Positions 13,225 to 27,300 of a DNA stretch of 64,000 bases are shown here, one piece after another. Position 1 is the first letter of the stretch; every line of letters starts with the position of its first letter. The stretch comes from Octopus vulgaris. Taxonomy: Eukaryota. Below the pieces are notes generated by a model that was not told the origin of the DNA, made no database searches, and was given only the letters and a program-made list of their open reading frames with translations. The position numbers and the translations under genes were made by a program. The DNA lies in assembly GCA_951406725.2 (NCBI GenBank), contig OX597817.1:126542001-126606000 (forward strand), in the 5' to 3' direction.

Positions 13225-13699
13225 GTATGTGTGTGTGTGTGTATGTATGTATGTATGCGTGTGTGTGTGTGTGTTTATAGAAACGCACGTCTTCATGCAG
13301 CTGCTAGTGGAATTGGAATATGATCAATAACAAATATTCCATAACTTTTCTCGCAAAAGTATTGCAATGGCATTAAAGAGAGAGTGATACAGAAACATTT
13401 ATAACTAGATATGAAAATGTGTTAAATTTATTGTTTGTCTCCTTGTTTGGATTATATATACATCTGCATATATATTTATATGTCTGTGGGTTTGTATTAG
13501 TTTACGCTTTATACATGTGTGTATGTATGTACACTGCTGCCAGAAGAACCAAGACCGATCAGTATCCTAAAACAGGGGTTGCAATGTCGTGAGAATGATT
13601 GTAAAGATATATTTTGTTTTCAGTTATAAACAAGGTTCTGATACGATACATTTAATAAAATTAAAAAATGTTTATGTAATAAGTATGTGCGAAATTATA

Positions 13700-14650
13700 G
13701 CCATTACTTATGTTATCTATTGATAATCCCATACTCATTCTTTGAGTTTCGAAAACGATATGTCTCCCAATCCATGAATTTGATGGTTGTTGGCGATTTA
13801 CTAGGTAGCGCCTTCTTCTTTCATTTGGAAAACTTTATAATAGGATAGAACCCCAAAGAAAACACATTTTTGACACAAATATATATCGAATGAATAGATA
13901 GCGGCATTATATTATTGACAAATTTCTGTATGCTCTGTTTAACAAATTTCGTGTGAAAGCTCTTCCAAGTTATGCGCTTCAAGCAACCTATTTCATTGAA
14001 AATTTAAATAATTATTCACAACTTTGGAATCGCATATGTAATGAAGCTGAACGAAATAGTATGCAGAAATCATTCGAGTGTATTTGTACTAAACAGTTGG
14101 ATAGCGATTTAGGACGAAACATTCCTATTCTCTTGCCTTTGGCAAATTATTCTGGGCATTAGATAAACTTGAGGATTCAAATGTTATTGTAGAAGAAATA
14201 TAGTCTTGCCAATTATATATCAATAAATTACAAACACGTTGAAAAGAAGAGATCTTTCAAGATGTTCAAGAAACAATTTCCTTCACGAAACATTGATATA
14301 ATTCATGTTGATTCTGCATCTGGAATATTGATACCGAGAATGATAAATTTATACTCAATGGGATCTAAGGAAAAGGGAAAATCTACGTTAGATAAATCCT
14401 TGCAAAGATCAACTGCATTGCTGTTCCGGCTTATTGGGAGTGCTTAACAGCACGAATTATCTATTACCTTCAAAGAAGCCATATATTATATTTAATGCAA
14501 TGGGCAAAAGATATCCGATGGAAGTGCATGATGATGTGTATAAATGAAATATCAATAAGAACTGTTCATTTACAATTAATGCATTCTGAAATTGAAATCC
14601 TAAATATTATCACATTATGGAAGACATAAATTTTTCCAATGGATTCGATT
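13700..14650 (+). mobile_element. BEL/Pao LTR retrotransposon RT remnant
   Basis: In order: MRFKQPI (LRFR..IA), RICNEAERNS (QI.L.E.DRD), QLYINKL (NLYVDDL), IWNIDTENDKF (LG..W....D.F), LLGVL (DPLG), QWAKDIRW (LW...I.W). Confidence 0.55.
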
Positions 14651-14962
14651 TATTTGATATCATATCATATCTTCTGGAAATATGACAAAATAGGTAGTTT
14701 TCGGGGTGAAATATATTTACGTGAGTTTGTTCCTCACCTAACTCCTCGGCTCTGACAGGAACAGTAATATTCTAAGAAACGCAGAAGACTGAACATGCTA
14801 TGATAATGAGTTGATCATAACAGTTCATGCTCTCTCAAATTCTTCATTGCATGAGAGTATTTTGAACTTTATATACGTGCCTATGTACGTATGTGTTTAT
14901 GTATGTATGTATGTATGTATGTATGTGTGTATGTACGTATGTATGTACGTACGTATGTATGC

Positions 14963-14995
<33 letters not shown>

Positions 14996-14998
<3 letters not shown>

Positions 14999-15571
14999 GG
15001 TGCGAGAGGTATTTGAGAACAGTTCTATATTTCAGCATAAATACACATGTATTTATGATCCTGGTCAAAGTTATTCGTCAGAGAAAAACCGGAACCTGGG
15101 TTTTTCACTTTGTGAAGTAACGATTTGGACACGAATTGACCTTTCCGCATTACATATGACTTGTAGTGAATCTCATGATATACCACAGTTCTGACAATCC
15201 ACTCTGATACCCAAAGTACTATAGCAATGGATCTCATTGATCTTCTGATGTTCTCATCGATACTGTTTTGAACATGTATATATGCTGTTGTCCTTTTAGT
15301 GTCTGATCGTTGTGAATAGTTTTGATACAGGTGAAACATTACCGTCACATGTTTCCAATTCCAGCCCAACCTTGTGTACAAAGGATTTTGCAACATTTTG
15401 AAAATTGGTATCCTCTAAATAAGAGTGGTTTGCATGTATAGCAACTATGACTGCATGCATTTTCATTTCTTTAATTAGCATGATAACTTGAAAGGGTTAT
15501 CTGAAAAATCGAATGCATTGACTAATATTTGAACTAAAGACGAAATGTCCTCAAATAACCCTCGCACCCAG
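14996..15571 (-). mobile_element. Internally deleted Tc1/mariner-superfamily DNA transposon with both TIRs
   Basis: Left TIR CAGGGTGCGAGAGGTATTTGAGAACA; right end reverse-complements to CTGGGTGCGAGGGTTATTTGAGGACA; TA on both flanks; N-terminal HTH remnant MKMHAVIVAIHA...VAKSFVHKV. Confidence 0.85.
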
Positions 15572-15576
15572 TATAT

Positions 15577-15945
15577 ATTGTTGTATTTCGTGATGGTCAT
15601 ATGTTCTAAACATACACACGGACTATATAATCGTTCTACAGTTATTTATTACTGTTCCTATTCTAACTCATGTCAATTGTCTGGAAATTTTTCGTCACAC
15701 ATCTGTGACCTCGTCAGTGACACTTTCTGTCCTCATGTGTGCTCTTACTCTGCTTAGTCCATTCTCAGTCCAGGACGGAAAGTGTCGCTGAGGAGCTCAC
15801 AGATGTGTGTCGAAAGATTTCCGGACAATGGACACGAGTTAGGATAAGTAGAGTAGTAAACGAGTGAAGAACGAATATGTAGTGCGTGCGTTTATTTCTC
15901 AAAACAAAATAAAAATAAACTGATCTTCGCGGAATACAACAATAT
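15577..15945. repeat. Inverted pair of a hammerhead-bearing short repeat
   Basis: Arms about 15577-15733 and 15771-15945 are reverse complements; HHR motifs at 15677-15723 (-) and 15783-15828 (+); third copy at 48360-48612. Confidence 0.8.
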
Positions 15946-16099
15946 CTGTTCCAACAAATGGTCTCACGTTTGGAATCTTCCAACACAAACTCATATATAT
16001 GTAGACTAGTATATTAGAAAATGCAAGAACAAGCAACGTAGGCAAGTCGATATACAAAAGGATATTAAATTCATTTAATAGAAAAGATATACATATGTG

Positions 16100-16240
16100 T
16101 GCATATAAAAAGTTCAACTTACACAGAATACAAATTATATCAAGAGTTAAAAGGGTTGAATAATAGTTATACGAGTCCAACAGCTGTTTCTAGGTGCGTC
16201 GCGGTTGAAAATATTAATTGTGACTTGAATCCATCATATG
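16100..16240 (-). mobile_element. Partial pLTR-like repeat (HHR 3' half)
   Basis: Minus GAAACAGCTGTT at 16179-16190; the 5' core is lost next to a (TA)n run. Confidence 0.35.
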
Positions 16241-16369
<129 letters not shown>

Positions 16370-16471
16370 TATACCTTATTTTAAGCTGCTGCTTAAAATA
16401 AAGCATATTACTCTACCACTTGTATTTGAGTACTCTTTTTCCACCTCGTTTCACATTTATGTGTTTACTCC

Positions 16472-16581
<110 letters not shown>

Positions 16582-18584
16582 GTTTTGTGTTTCATCGGGT
16601 GAAACACAAAATGAGAAAAATACCGAGTCAAGAGAGAAGCAGAGACAGAAAACAAGTTTCTATTGGAGAAGATGAAAGACAGTGATAGCGAGTGACAAAG
16701 AAATGTTAATAGTTCATACCTTATGTATGCTCTAAAAGTGATAGAGAGACAGTATGTGTGTGTGAGTGTGTGTATGTGTGCCTGTGCGTGTGTACACGTG
16801 CATTTCCTTATGCATTCCAAAATTGGGTTGCCCATTTTGATGTAAGTGGTATGAAAATATTGAGTAATTTTTTGGCTACCAAATAATTTATATTTTCATT
16901 TACATAAATTCTACGTTACCTGAACAACTAGCTATAGTTATTATCAAGACACCGCTCTACAACGACCAGGTTTCATTAGAAAGTGAAATGAGTTTCACAC
17001 TTTCAATTTCAACCGAAATGGCAAACTTTTGCATTACGAGAGTGGTGATGTTTCAATAATGAAATTAATATTTCACCGAATTAGTCACACCAGTATTATA
17101 ATAAGGAAAGTTGTTTATCCTCTATAATGTGATGAAGCTATAATATCGTTAAACCTTTAATTCTAATGTCTTAATATTTAGATCTTCTTATTTCTATTAT
17201 ATTTGAAATAAATGAAATTTTACATCCTACTGTGACCGACATTACGCATCGGAAACTTACCGTCTTTACGGCCACCACAGCAGAATGGTGTGTAAGTGTA
17301 TGTGTTGACTGAGATAACGAACGGATGGAGGTGAAACTCTTGACAAAAAACAATGGCGTGGCAGGCCCAAGGTACATAATAATACACATTGCCGTTCAAT
17401 TACCAGTCAATAACTATAGCAGTAGTTGCAAGTTTGCAACGTATATTGTCTAATATTGTTCAACAAAAGCAAATTCAAGAAATAATCAGGTCAATTTTTA
17501 ACAATACATGTATTGCTTTTGCCTATAAATTTCTTAAATCACGCTTGAGCGTGTGTCTTTCTGTCTGATAAGGCAAAACGCACACATATATTTATAACAT
17601 AGTCGGTGTAAAGGTATAGATATGAAAAATAGTTTTACGAAAGCAACTGTGTGGATGCCTTAATTATAATTTGGTTCCCAAATACAGTCTTTGAACGTTT
17701 CCTTCGTGAATTTATCCAAGATATCTGGAAGCAAATTGAAATGACAGTGCTGTAAATTTATCTACATATTAAGGCAGAATATGTCTTTAAATTAATCTTA
17801 TAAATATGATAACATATTCGATATTTAATATTTAGTCATACTGTAAAATTTACCCCAGATTATTTTTTATGCGAGATGTAACTTATATTTTCATAGGCTC
17901 TTTGTAAAATGTTTTAATTGCAAATAAAACATAAACTCGATTCAATTTTAATTTATGTATCCTTCTACATAGGCTTAAATCGTTTATTTGCATGTGGAGC
18001 AAAGGGCGTCGACACGGGATATCCATCTGTATTCTTATTTGACAAATGGAATGCAGTTTTCCCCAAGTGTATCCCACTACATGTGTTTCAGTTTGTCTTG
18101 ACATTCTACACGTTGGTTTTCATCTGGCATGCTTTCGTTCCTCCACCAACTCAGCGTCGATCGATTTATAATGTTCGAAACACAATCTATATATACAGAT
18201 ATTTTAATGTATGTTGTTGCTATTTCACTTTGCAATTGGAGTATATACTGAATTTTTATAGTTTTAGGAAAGTATTCTTTGCAACGCTGTTCTAAGAAAA
18301 TATGTAAATCTGTTGGTGATATAGATTGATATAAAACAACGACGGCTCTTTGTGTCGTGATTTAGTTTCGTTTACGACACACTGCAGGAGTGCTGGTAGG
18401 AATATCACTTTATATTTGCCAAGTGATTGGTTTTACTTCGAAAGGTTTCACCCCTCTCTCAAGTTTTTATGCAGACATTATTGTCGGTAATTCTTTTTTT
18501 TAATCCCTTTTCTCTTGCATTAATTCGCATTCTGTGACGTTTCATTCTCCAAATGAATTCATATCATTTTCGTTATTGTCTTTC

Positions 18585-18780
18585 TCGAGCTGGCAGAATC
18601 TTTAACACACCGGGCGAAATGCTTAGCAGTATTTCGTCTACCACTACGTTCTGATTTCAAATTCAACCGAGGTCAACTTTGCCTTTCATCCTTTCGGGAT
18701 CGATGAAATAAGTACCAGACATAATCAACTAGCCCCCTTCCCCAAAAGTCTCGAAGGCCTTGTACCTAGAGTAGAAATAA
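18585..18780 (+). mobile_element. SINE family A
   Basis: GAGCTGGCAGAATC...GGGCGAAATGCTTAGC...GCCTTTCATCCTTTCGGGATCGAT. Confidence 0.85.
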
Positions 18781-19371
18781 TTATTGTCTTTCTCATGAAC
18801 TGTGCTCGCTTCCTCTAGCGGAGTAGCTATCTTATGCTCGTGCCTTTATTTCTGGCATCTATGTCTTAGAAAGTTATGGATTAAATGTTATGTGTCATCT
18901 ATATTTTATTTTCTACGCATTATAATTTTCCGATTTTTCCCGTGTAAATCTCCGGTTTCCGTATTTCAGGGATAAAATAATTTTTAAACGAGTTTCCCAG
19001 TTTATACAGTGTGTATCTCCATTCATTTGCTGGCACCATAATTTTGTTACCGTACCCATAAATTGTCATCGTGTACCCTTAGAACATCTAGTGCAAATTT
19101 AAATAATTTTATAGATTACGATGTAGGAAGTAAAATAAAGATGGTTGCGTGCTATCAAATTACAAATACGTAGCACACACACAAGCAGGAGGAGGGCCCG
19201 GTATTGTGTGAGTGATTGTGAGTCTTGTCGTAGGTGTAGGTATGCCTGTTTTCATGCGCACATTTGCGTATAATACATATAAATGCATGTGTATATTTTT
19301 ATCTACCTCTTTCTGATCTTTCTCATCTCTCCCCCTTTCGCTCTTTGTCACTACCTATCTCTGCCTGTTTT

Positions 19372-19439
<68 letters not shown>

Positions 19440-19811
19440 TGTGTGTGTGTGTGTGTTTGTATTTTGTAAAAGAAAAGAAAATATATATGGTTGAGGAAAG
19501 ACTCTGAAGTAGATAAGATTATTCTTGTTATTATAATGTAAATTCAATTAATTTGAATGTTTATCAGATGCCGAATTCTTGATCTGTAAGGTGTTCCCGT
19601 GAAGACAATTTCGAATTATTAACGCATATTTATGTATTCAGGAAGTGAAGATGACTTCCAACATTAATTCATATTCCTTTAAGAATATTCTTAGAATATA
19701 AGTCATACATAATTCACAAGTTAATTCCTGACTCACATATATAGAAGTGTTTATGGGTATATTATTCTTGAAAGTATACACCTACGTGCTCTATACGCTT
19801 GCATATATACA

Positions 19812-19936
<125 letters not shown>

Positions 19937-21244
19937 CTTATGTGTTTAAATTGTGCATCAAACACATGGTTGCATACATAACAGGAATGAATTTATTCGG
20001 TTACATATGTTGTAATATCTAATATATTTACACAAATATTTCGTATCATATTCATAATACTATCTAACTTATACATGAAGTTTACTTTTTCTTCATCTTT
20101 TATTACTGTTAATACTTATTATTTAATGATAACTTAAATACAGAATGTCTGATATACTAACTATAGGAGTGAATCATACGGATGAATGTGATTCCATGAT
20201 AAGGATTTTATTTTAAATGCAATATCATTTCTGTATTTAACCTAATTCCTCCATTTTTGCCTGAAGCCGAAACGCTTAATATTGAACAAAGCCAGATGCT
20301 TTGGGGAATTTTTGTGTCGTTTTAAATTGTTTATGAATGAATAAATGAACCATGAATACACTGTGATATCATATACTCATTTGTATCAACACTTGTTGCC
20401 TTGTAATAAATAACCTTTTGGAATTCATCCAATGTTACTCATATTGCATACATCCTAAGGACTGAAACAAATACATCCAAATGACTTAAACATTTGTATA
20501 TGTGTATGTCTTGAGTGCCTGAATGTGACGAAATTGTGAATAAATTTTGTAGAAACAGATTAGAGCACAAGATAGATATAGTATTAATATTATCTGAACT
20601 GATTTTAGCATAATCAAAAGAATTACTTGAAAATCTGGAATTTAGTTTCAAACAGTTTGGAATCTGCTTTAACTTTCAATATAAAAAATCTAGTTGTGAA
20701 TGCAATATTCAGCAAGAATAATTTATACATAATAATTAGTGAGATTCGGGTTTTGAAAACGTATTGGGGAACTCTTTTGGGATAATTTCGGGAAAACATT
20801 TGCCAGTTACAAGCGCAACATTTTTTGTGATGATATAATAAATGTTGGTATTTAAAATCTAATCTTAAATGCAATACTAGTAAATGAATTGTTTATTATG
20901 GCTTACATTTTAGAATGACTGATTTAGTTGTTTTAGACTAAAATTAGGAAACGTGTCCTTAGCACATTTACATGAATAGGAAATATCAATGCAGCACAGG
21001 AGCAATATTATCCTAGGTTCTCCCCAAACTACTTGTTGAATATCAGATATGGCGTCTTCCTCAAATTTGTATATGCTCGTGTAATGTCGAATATCAGTCC
21101 TCGTACAAACATTAGACCTTGAGATATCACTTATGTCAGAATGCTTGCAAAATATAGATCACAACATCTTTTGCAGATATATCAATAAAAGAGGATAGAA
21201 ATAGTGCTTTATACCTCTAGATAGGAGATAAAGAACTTGCTAGA

Positions 21245-21321
21245 GTTACACTGATAAGGTATACAGGGCAATCCTCCACGCGGTTGTTTTCCAATATGAA
21301 GTATAAACTGCTGTATGTTAC
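21245..21321 (+). ncRNA. Decayed PLE-type hammerhead motif
   Basis: gttaca-CTGATAA...AAACTGCTGTA-tgttac; stem I pairs 5 of 6; core mutated. Confidence 0.45.
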
Positions 21322-21579
21322 CATTGATTAACAATAAACATTAATGCTTTATTTCTGGGTGCTGTTACCGTCACTGTTACCTGAGATTCACAACGAAATG
21401 GTATTAACTCACTTTTGTGAAATGCAAAAGAAAAAGCATTAACGAAAAATTTCAAAATAACACAAATTGGCATTCATATATGGTGTGGTTCTTCATTACA
21501 CATTTTATAATCAAAACTCCAAAGGTTTTTTTTAATTTACACTAACATTGTACTGAGTACGGTCATCAGAAAAATTACC

Positions 21580-21627
<48 letters not shown>

Positions 21628-21660
21628 CCCAATTCATAGGGCTAGGGTTCATATGCCTAT

Positions 21661-21703
<43 letters not shown>

Positions 21704-21896
21704 ATATGCCTAATGCAGATATGTATATATTACGATCTCGACCATACGGAATTTGACGTGTACTTGACGCCCATCTCTCTTAATACACACGAACTTAAGG
21801 AATTATATTTGAATATATTTACATCCATACATGTATATATATGTGTGTGTATGTGTGTGTACGTGTGTGCATATGTGCATTTATATACATACACAT

Positions 21897-21993
<97 letters not shown>

Positions 21994-22077
21994 TATAGAG
22001 TTTTTATTGATGTACCCGAAATATGTGCTGTGCTCAATAAAGTCTATTACACATTCCATCTCCTATTTTATTAATAC

Positions 22078-22115
<38 letters not shown>

Positions 22116-22134
22116 AACAAAAAGAATATGGCGA

Positions 22135-22486
22135 TTAAGATGTTAATAATTGTTTATTATTAACCATCAACCTTTACAGCTGCTTCAATTAATACTAAAT
22201 AAATGTTAAATAAATATTATATTTATGTGCCCTGAGTATTTAAATATCTTCAGATGCGAAAATTATACCCTTGGATGTTTTATGTGTTTATGGAGTCAGT
22301 CTGCTATAATGAATTCATAAACACATGCAAAACATCAAAGGGCATACTTTTCCCACTGGAAGATATTATATTCGGGTCATATAAATTTAATATTTACTAA
22401 ATATTTTTGTGTATTAACGGAAACAGCTGTAAGAGATGATAATTAATGTCCTGTTAATAATAACTAATTAACTTCCCAATCTTAAT
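22135..22486. repeat. Inverted pair of a pLTR-like repeat with decayed HHRs
   Basis: Arms about 22135-22296 and 22312-22486 are reverse complements; each has CTG(G)AAGA...GAA(A/G)CAGCTGTA. Confidence 0.75.
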
Positions 22487-22669
22487 TTTCTTTTACTTGT
22501 TATGTAAGAATATATTATATACATATAAACTATTCTTTTACATATATACCTATTATTTTAAAGGAATTGATCCCGCCCCACCCCAAATACTAGGTATTTA
22601 ATCGGCATTTCGTTAGTTGAAACCATCTGTTTATGAGGTTAATACAACCTCTTACCGAATTCAATTTAT

Positions 22670-23060
22670 ATAGTAAGTAGCTTGCTTACCAGCCACATGG
22701 TTCCGGGTTCAATCCCACAGCGTGGCATCTTGGGGAAGTATCTTCTACTATAGCCTCGGTCCCACCAAATCTTTGTGAGTGGATTTAGTAGACGGAAACG
22801 GTAAGAAGCCCGTCATATCTATGTTTGTGTGTCTGTGTGTGTGTGTGTGTGTGTATGATTTTGTGTCCGTTTTTGTCACCCCACCACCATCGCTTGACAA
22901 TCGACGTTGATGTGTTTACGTCCCCCTAACTTAGCGGTTCGGCAAAAAAACCGATAGAATAAATACTAAGTTTACAAAATATAAGTCATGGTGTCGATTT
23001 ATTCGACTAAAGGCGGTACTTCAGCATGGCCGCAGCCAAATGACTGAAACAAATAAAACA
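22670..23060 (+). mobile_element. SINE family B
   Basis: GTAAGTAGCTTGCTTACC..CCACATGGTTCCGGGTTCAATCCC head, internal (TG)n, CAGCATGGCCGCAG tail. Confidence 0.85.
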
Positions 23061-23187
23061 ATGAAACAAACAAGCAATATATGAGCGTGTCTATTCGCCC
23101 ATAAGTGTACGTATTAGCATACATCTCGTTGTATGTACATGCCTATATACTTGGATGTGAGTGTGTGAGCGCGTAAGTATATGTGCC

Positions 23188-23235
<48 letters not shown>

Positions 23236-23349
23236 TCTGTGTATATATGCGTCTAGGCACAAAAATAAAACATTTCGTCTAAGTAATATCTTCCTTTCAA
23301 CTTCTACTTTTTTTTCTTTCTCTTAGCAGTTACAACAGCGAAGATCATT

Positions 23350-23830
23350 GAATCATTTTCTTTTAACTTGAATGTATACTTTCCAAGATGATATTCGAAA
23401 ACCCGCACTATATTTAAAAGATCAAAAAATGTAAGCTATGCCTAACTAAAAGATCTCTAAGATCTCTAACTCACTGCTGAACACTATATCCGAAATTTAC
23501 AACGGTTGTAAGCATAACCCTAAGTTCCTTCTGAAGAATCGGGAAAATTCCTCCTCCGCTTGATGAATAACGGTACAATAAATCGTAAGACACTGTTGAT
23601 TCCATCCTTATATTTTACAGGCTAGGGGAGATAACTCTTTCCCCCCTTTTGCTTCTTTGTGATTATTTTATCATTTTTCCGATTTTTTCAATATTCCACT
23701 TTTCCTATATAATTCCTTCACGCTTTGTTTTCGTTTCTTCTCTCATTCTATTTATAGTTCGGTTTGCCATAAGAGTTGTACCTGAGGACTGTAACGAGAT
23801 GTCAGATACGTTATAAGGCATTATTTGACA
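23350..23830 (+). mobile_element. Penelope-like 3' remnant (EN C-terminus + pLTR with decayed HHR)
   Basis: SKKCKLCLTK...LLNT.SEIYNGCKHNPKFLL matches the PLE C-terminus 'CNLCL.EK...LLN.RSE....CRH..KF.L'; CTGAGGA-ctgtaac-GAGA-tg-TC at 23782-23803. Confidence 0.65.
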
Positions 23831-24696
23831 TGATCTCAACATATGAAACTAATAGTAACACAAAACAGGTATTGTGTTTATTAGATGATATATATATTAG
23901 TACTTCCCTTAGGCATAGCGATACTAACTAACTGGTGATATGACTTATTCGAGTACAGGGCATAATAATATATCAAATAAATTATAAGGCACAAGCAAAT
24001 ATGTAATAAACATCATTATTATACTGCAGTTTCTTCCTTATGATGCAATGAGCTCATAGTTGTATATCATCCTATAACTTTATTGAAGTTTCAAAATTAA
24101 GTTTCAGATCTCTTTTAAAGCTGCACCGAAGTTATTCGATGAAACACAAATACTTAGCTATGAGTGCATTACATCACTTAGCAGAAAAAGTAGTAAGCTG
24201 CTGAAGTTCATCACATAAGCGTTTGTTCCCTGGTCATATAATTAATTATATGTATGTGTGAAAGCATTTCGATACACTCACGTCTGTGAATGTATGTATA
24301 TTTATATCTGTCTATACTAACCTATATTTAAATTGTTATATTTTTTTAATGCATCTCTATAGTAATTGTGTATAAAGAAAAGAACTGTAGATATTGAAAC
24401 AAATATAATCAGAACAAATTCGACACGATTCATTTTCAGAAATGTATAAAACTAAATATGACAATAGTTTCGAGAGGGCATATATTGCTATATTGTTAAT
24501 ACAGTCATGAACATAGGAAAATGGTGCAGGTAATGATTTACAAACAACGGTAGAAGGAAATACATTCATGGCAAATTATGCTTTTAGTCATGTTCAGAAA
24601 TACATCAAATTTATCATTAATGTCAACAGATACGGTATTGTTGAAATTAACATTACAAGCATTCATATTATAATATTAATGATAATGGTGAGAATT

Positions 24697-24698
24697 AA

Positions 24699-24767
<69 letters not shown>

Positions 24768-24780
24768 ATTATTATCATTG
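24697..24780. repeat. (TTA)n microsatellite
   Basis: Direct. Confidence 0.95.
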
Positions 24781-25549
24781 GTATATTCGCAATCGACGTT
24801 AATTCTTTTTTTTTCAGCAATAATTTCAATTATGTCTTTGTTAATAATATAAAACAGCTTATACTTATTTTCATGTTTTATCTATTTGAGTGCATTCACT
24901 TCACTTAAGAGATCATATCTGGCATATAATGTATTTTGTTTAAGTGTAGAATATATGATTTTACTGTGGTTAACGTACATAACATATTCACAAACCTCGT
25001 AGAAATATATTACGTATGTTATGCACAATTGCATGGCGTGTTTAGGTCATGTCGTCTGATTGTGTCAACCATTCCTTACGTACTTAATTTGCTTTCTGTT
25101 AATGTTTTTAATTTGACAATGCTTTTCTTTTTTTTATAGATAATCCGTAGTATCTAGGAGCGAAAGAGAAGCTTAGAAGGCACAGAAAAAGCTAGAGATA
25201 TCTCGAATTTCCAATAGAGTCAAATTCAAGTTTTGTACGAAAAAAAAAATGATTCACTGATTTAAGTGGAAGAATCGTTGGACACTCTACCGATGAAATG
25301 CCAAACTGAAAATGTATGAAAATATGGAACTACACTCCTCTAAGTACATGAACTGGTTAAGCGGCGTCGACCATAATCAATAGATTGCGTTTCACGTGTA
25401 CCAGATAACACTACAGATCTTATTAAAGCGTTGTAGCCGCTAGGTAAATTGAACCCACCTACAAACAATTATCATTACCCATATCAATGATTGATGCATT
25501 TCTATATTTATATTTATGATTAATTGTTGTGTATCGTTCAGGTTTTCTG

Positions 25550-27300
25550 TTATTAAAATCCAGTTTACATATAGAACGAAAATGACGAAACACTCTGTAC
25601 ATGTTGACCTTAATCTTGATGTTGCAATAGCCAGTATTTTGACGCTCTGTTCCGTTTGTTGAATGCCCTCTTTAATGCCTTTTAAATTGGTATGTATATC
25701 TTACCACACAACTATTACACGTGCAATATCATACATAAAAACATGCAATTTCAAGGTTTGTTTTGATGTCAACAATCTCAATGTTAGCCATAGATCTTGA
25801 CAGACCTTTTGTACGTCAGGCATGTTAACAGCTCTCAATATTTTCTCCACTCTATTGCTTTGCAATGTGTGTCAAAGGATAGAAATATGCCTATCCGTTA
25901 ATATCAAAGAGTGTCATCAACACTAATGATACCAATATTGTAAGTATTATTCTAGACACCTCTAAGAATCTGGTAGCTCTATCCCAAAGAGAACAACGAC
26001 AAATTTGCCAAATGCTCGATATCTCTGTCTTATATCACCTAGGATGATAAAACTATCATTCGATTTTTATGGGAGTTTTTATTATCAAGTTTCACGCCAC
26101 TACAAATGTACTCAGCAAAGACCCTCTTTTATAGCAGTCCGAGATAATTGTATAGCCTGTAGTTCCGAATTAGGTAATGGACTGAGATGCCAAGCGGATC
26201 ACTTCAACATCATCAGTTGTATTTAACTTCAAAAGTTAACAACTCTTGAACACTGAATAGTAGACAATTTCATCTTTTTTGTACTTTTGTTGAAAATAGG
26301 TCTGTGCCTAAAGAGTTCTCTTTGGGCACTCGGACATAATGATCTGGGGAAATGACCGTTATCGCCAGTTTGAAAGTCTATGAATGAGTTTTCATTTCAA
26401 TGTTCGATGTATCGTTTAAATTGTACAGAAGAATAGTTTCTCGTCTGCTTTTACACTGCTATAAAAAAATGAAGGAAATATTTATTATGCCTAGTGAAAT
26501 CCACGATTATAGAAGAAATGAGAGTCAATACATAACATTTTGGTTACAAAAGATACTGTAGAATCATTTGTGATCGAGTGTTAATATATTACAGGAGTAA
26601 TTCAAGCACTGTTCTATCATGTAGATATTGGGAAATAACCTTCCCATTATTCGATTCTTCTATGAGGCTACCTTACGCAAATGATGTTACAGTTCTAACT
26701 ATTGAATGTTGTAAGGTAAAATTGCATGGAGCAAGGCAATTTTAGCAGATTCTCTGACTGATACCATACGCTTTTCACCATGATGAACATAACTCTGCAG
26801 CTTCTGACCTGCAATTCCATTAACGTATACAATTATTGAGTGCTCCTTGCTCTCCACTTTATTCCCTAGCATCGTGATTATCTCTTTGATTGATGTGGTG
26901 CTTGATATCATGTCCATAATGTATAAGTGTATGGACATTCGATATTTTTGCCCATTTCGGTAGGGAAATCCACACCATCTTTAAATCCTGCAGCATTACA
27001 TCTAGAATGTATATTACAAATTTGATGAAAGATTAAAAAGGATTACAGGTATTGTCGGGTATTTGTTGCCTTGTATACAAATAATCTTCCCTCTGTCATC
27101 GGTGTCTTCGTCACTATACAGTGATTATTCCATTTGGGAAAGATTGTAGATTAATCTAATTTGAACAGTCCAAACAGTCTCTTAAAGTCTCTGTTTGTGT
27201 CATAGCATATGATGTTTCATGTACAGTTATCGATGTTTGACAGTAACAATCTGAACACAGCGAGCTCATTTTCATGGTTGCATGATAGGCCTGAATTGAA
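25550..27300 (-). mobile_element. Gypsy-like pol remnant (RNase H to integrase)
   Basis: Minus: RCNAAGFKDGV (CDAS..G.GA), STTSIKE (YS..EKE), FGTTGYTIISD (FG.P..I.SD), FYHPR (YHPQ), in RNase H then integrase order; very degraded. Confidence 0.45.

Noticed and set aside
14262-14447. GSKEKGKST looks like a P-loop (GxxxxGKS) of a GTPase/NTPase
   Set aside because: Surrounding frames give BEL/Pao RT motifs in the right order with many stops; no Walker B or other NTPase context, so a chance match.
17918-18295. 125-aa ORF with a hydrophobic stretch
   Set aside because: Non-ATG start, no recognisable family; cannot be supported as CDS.
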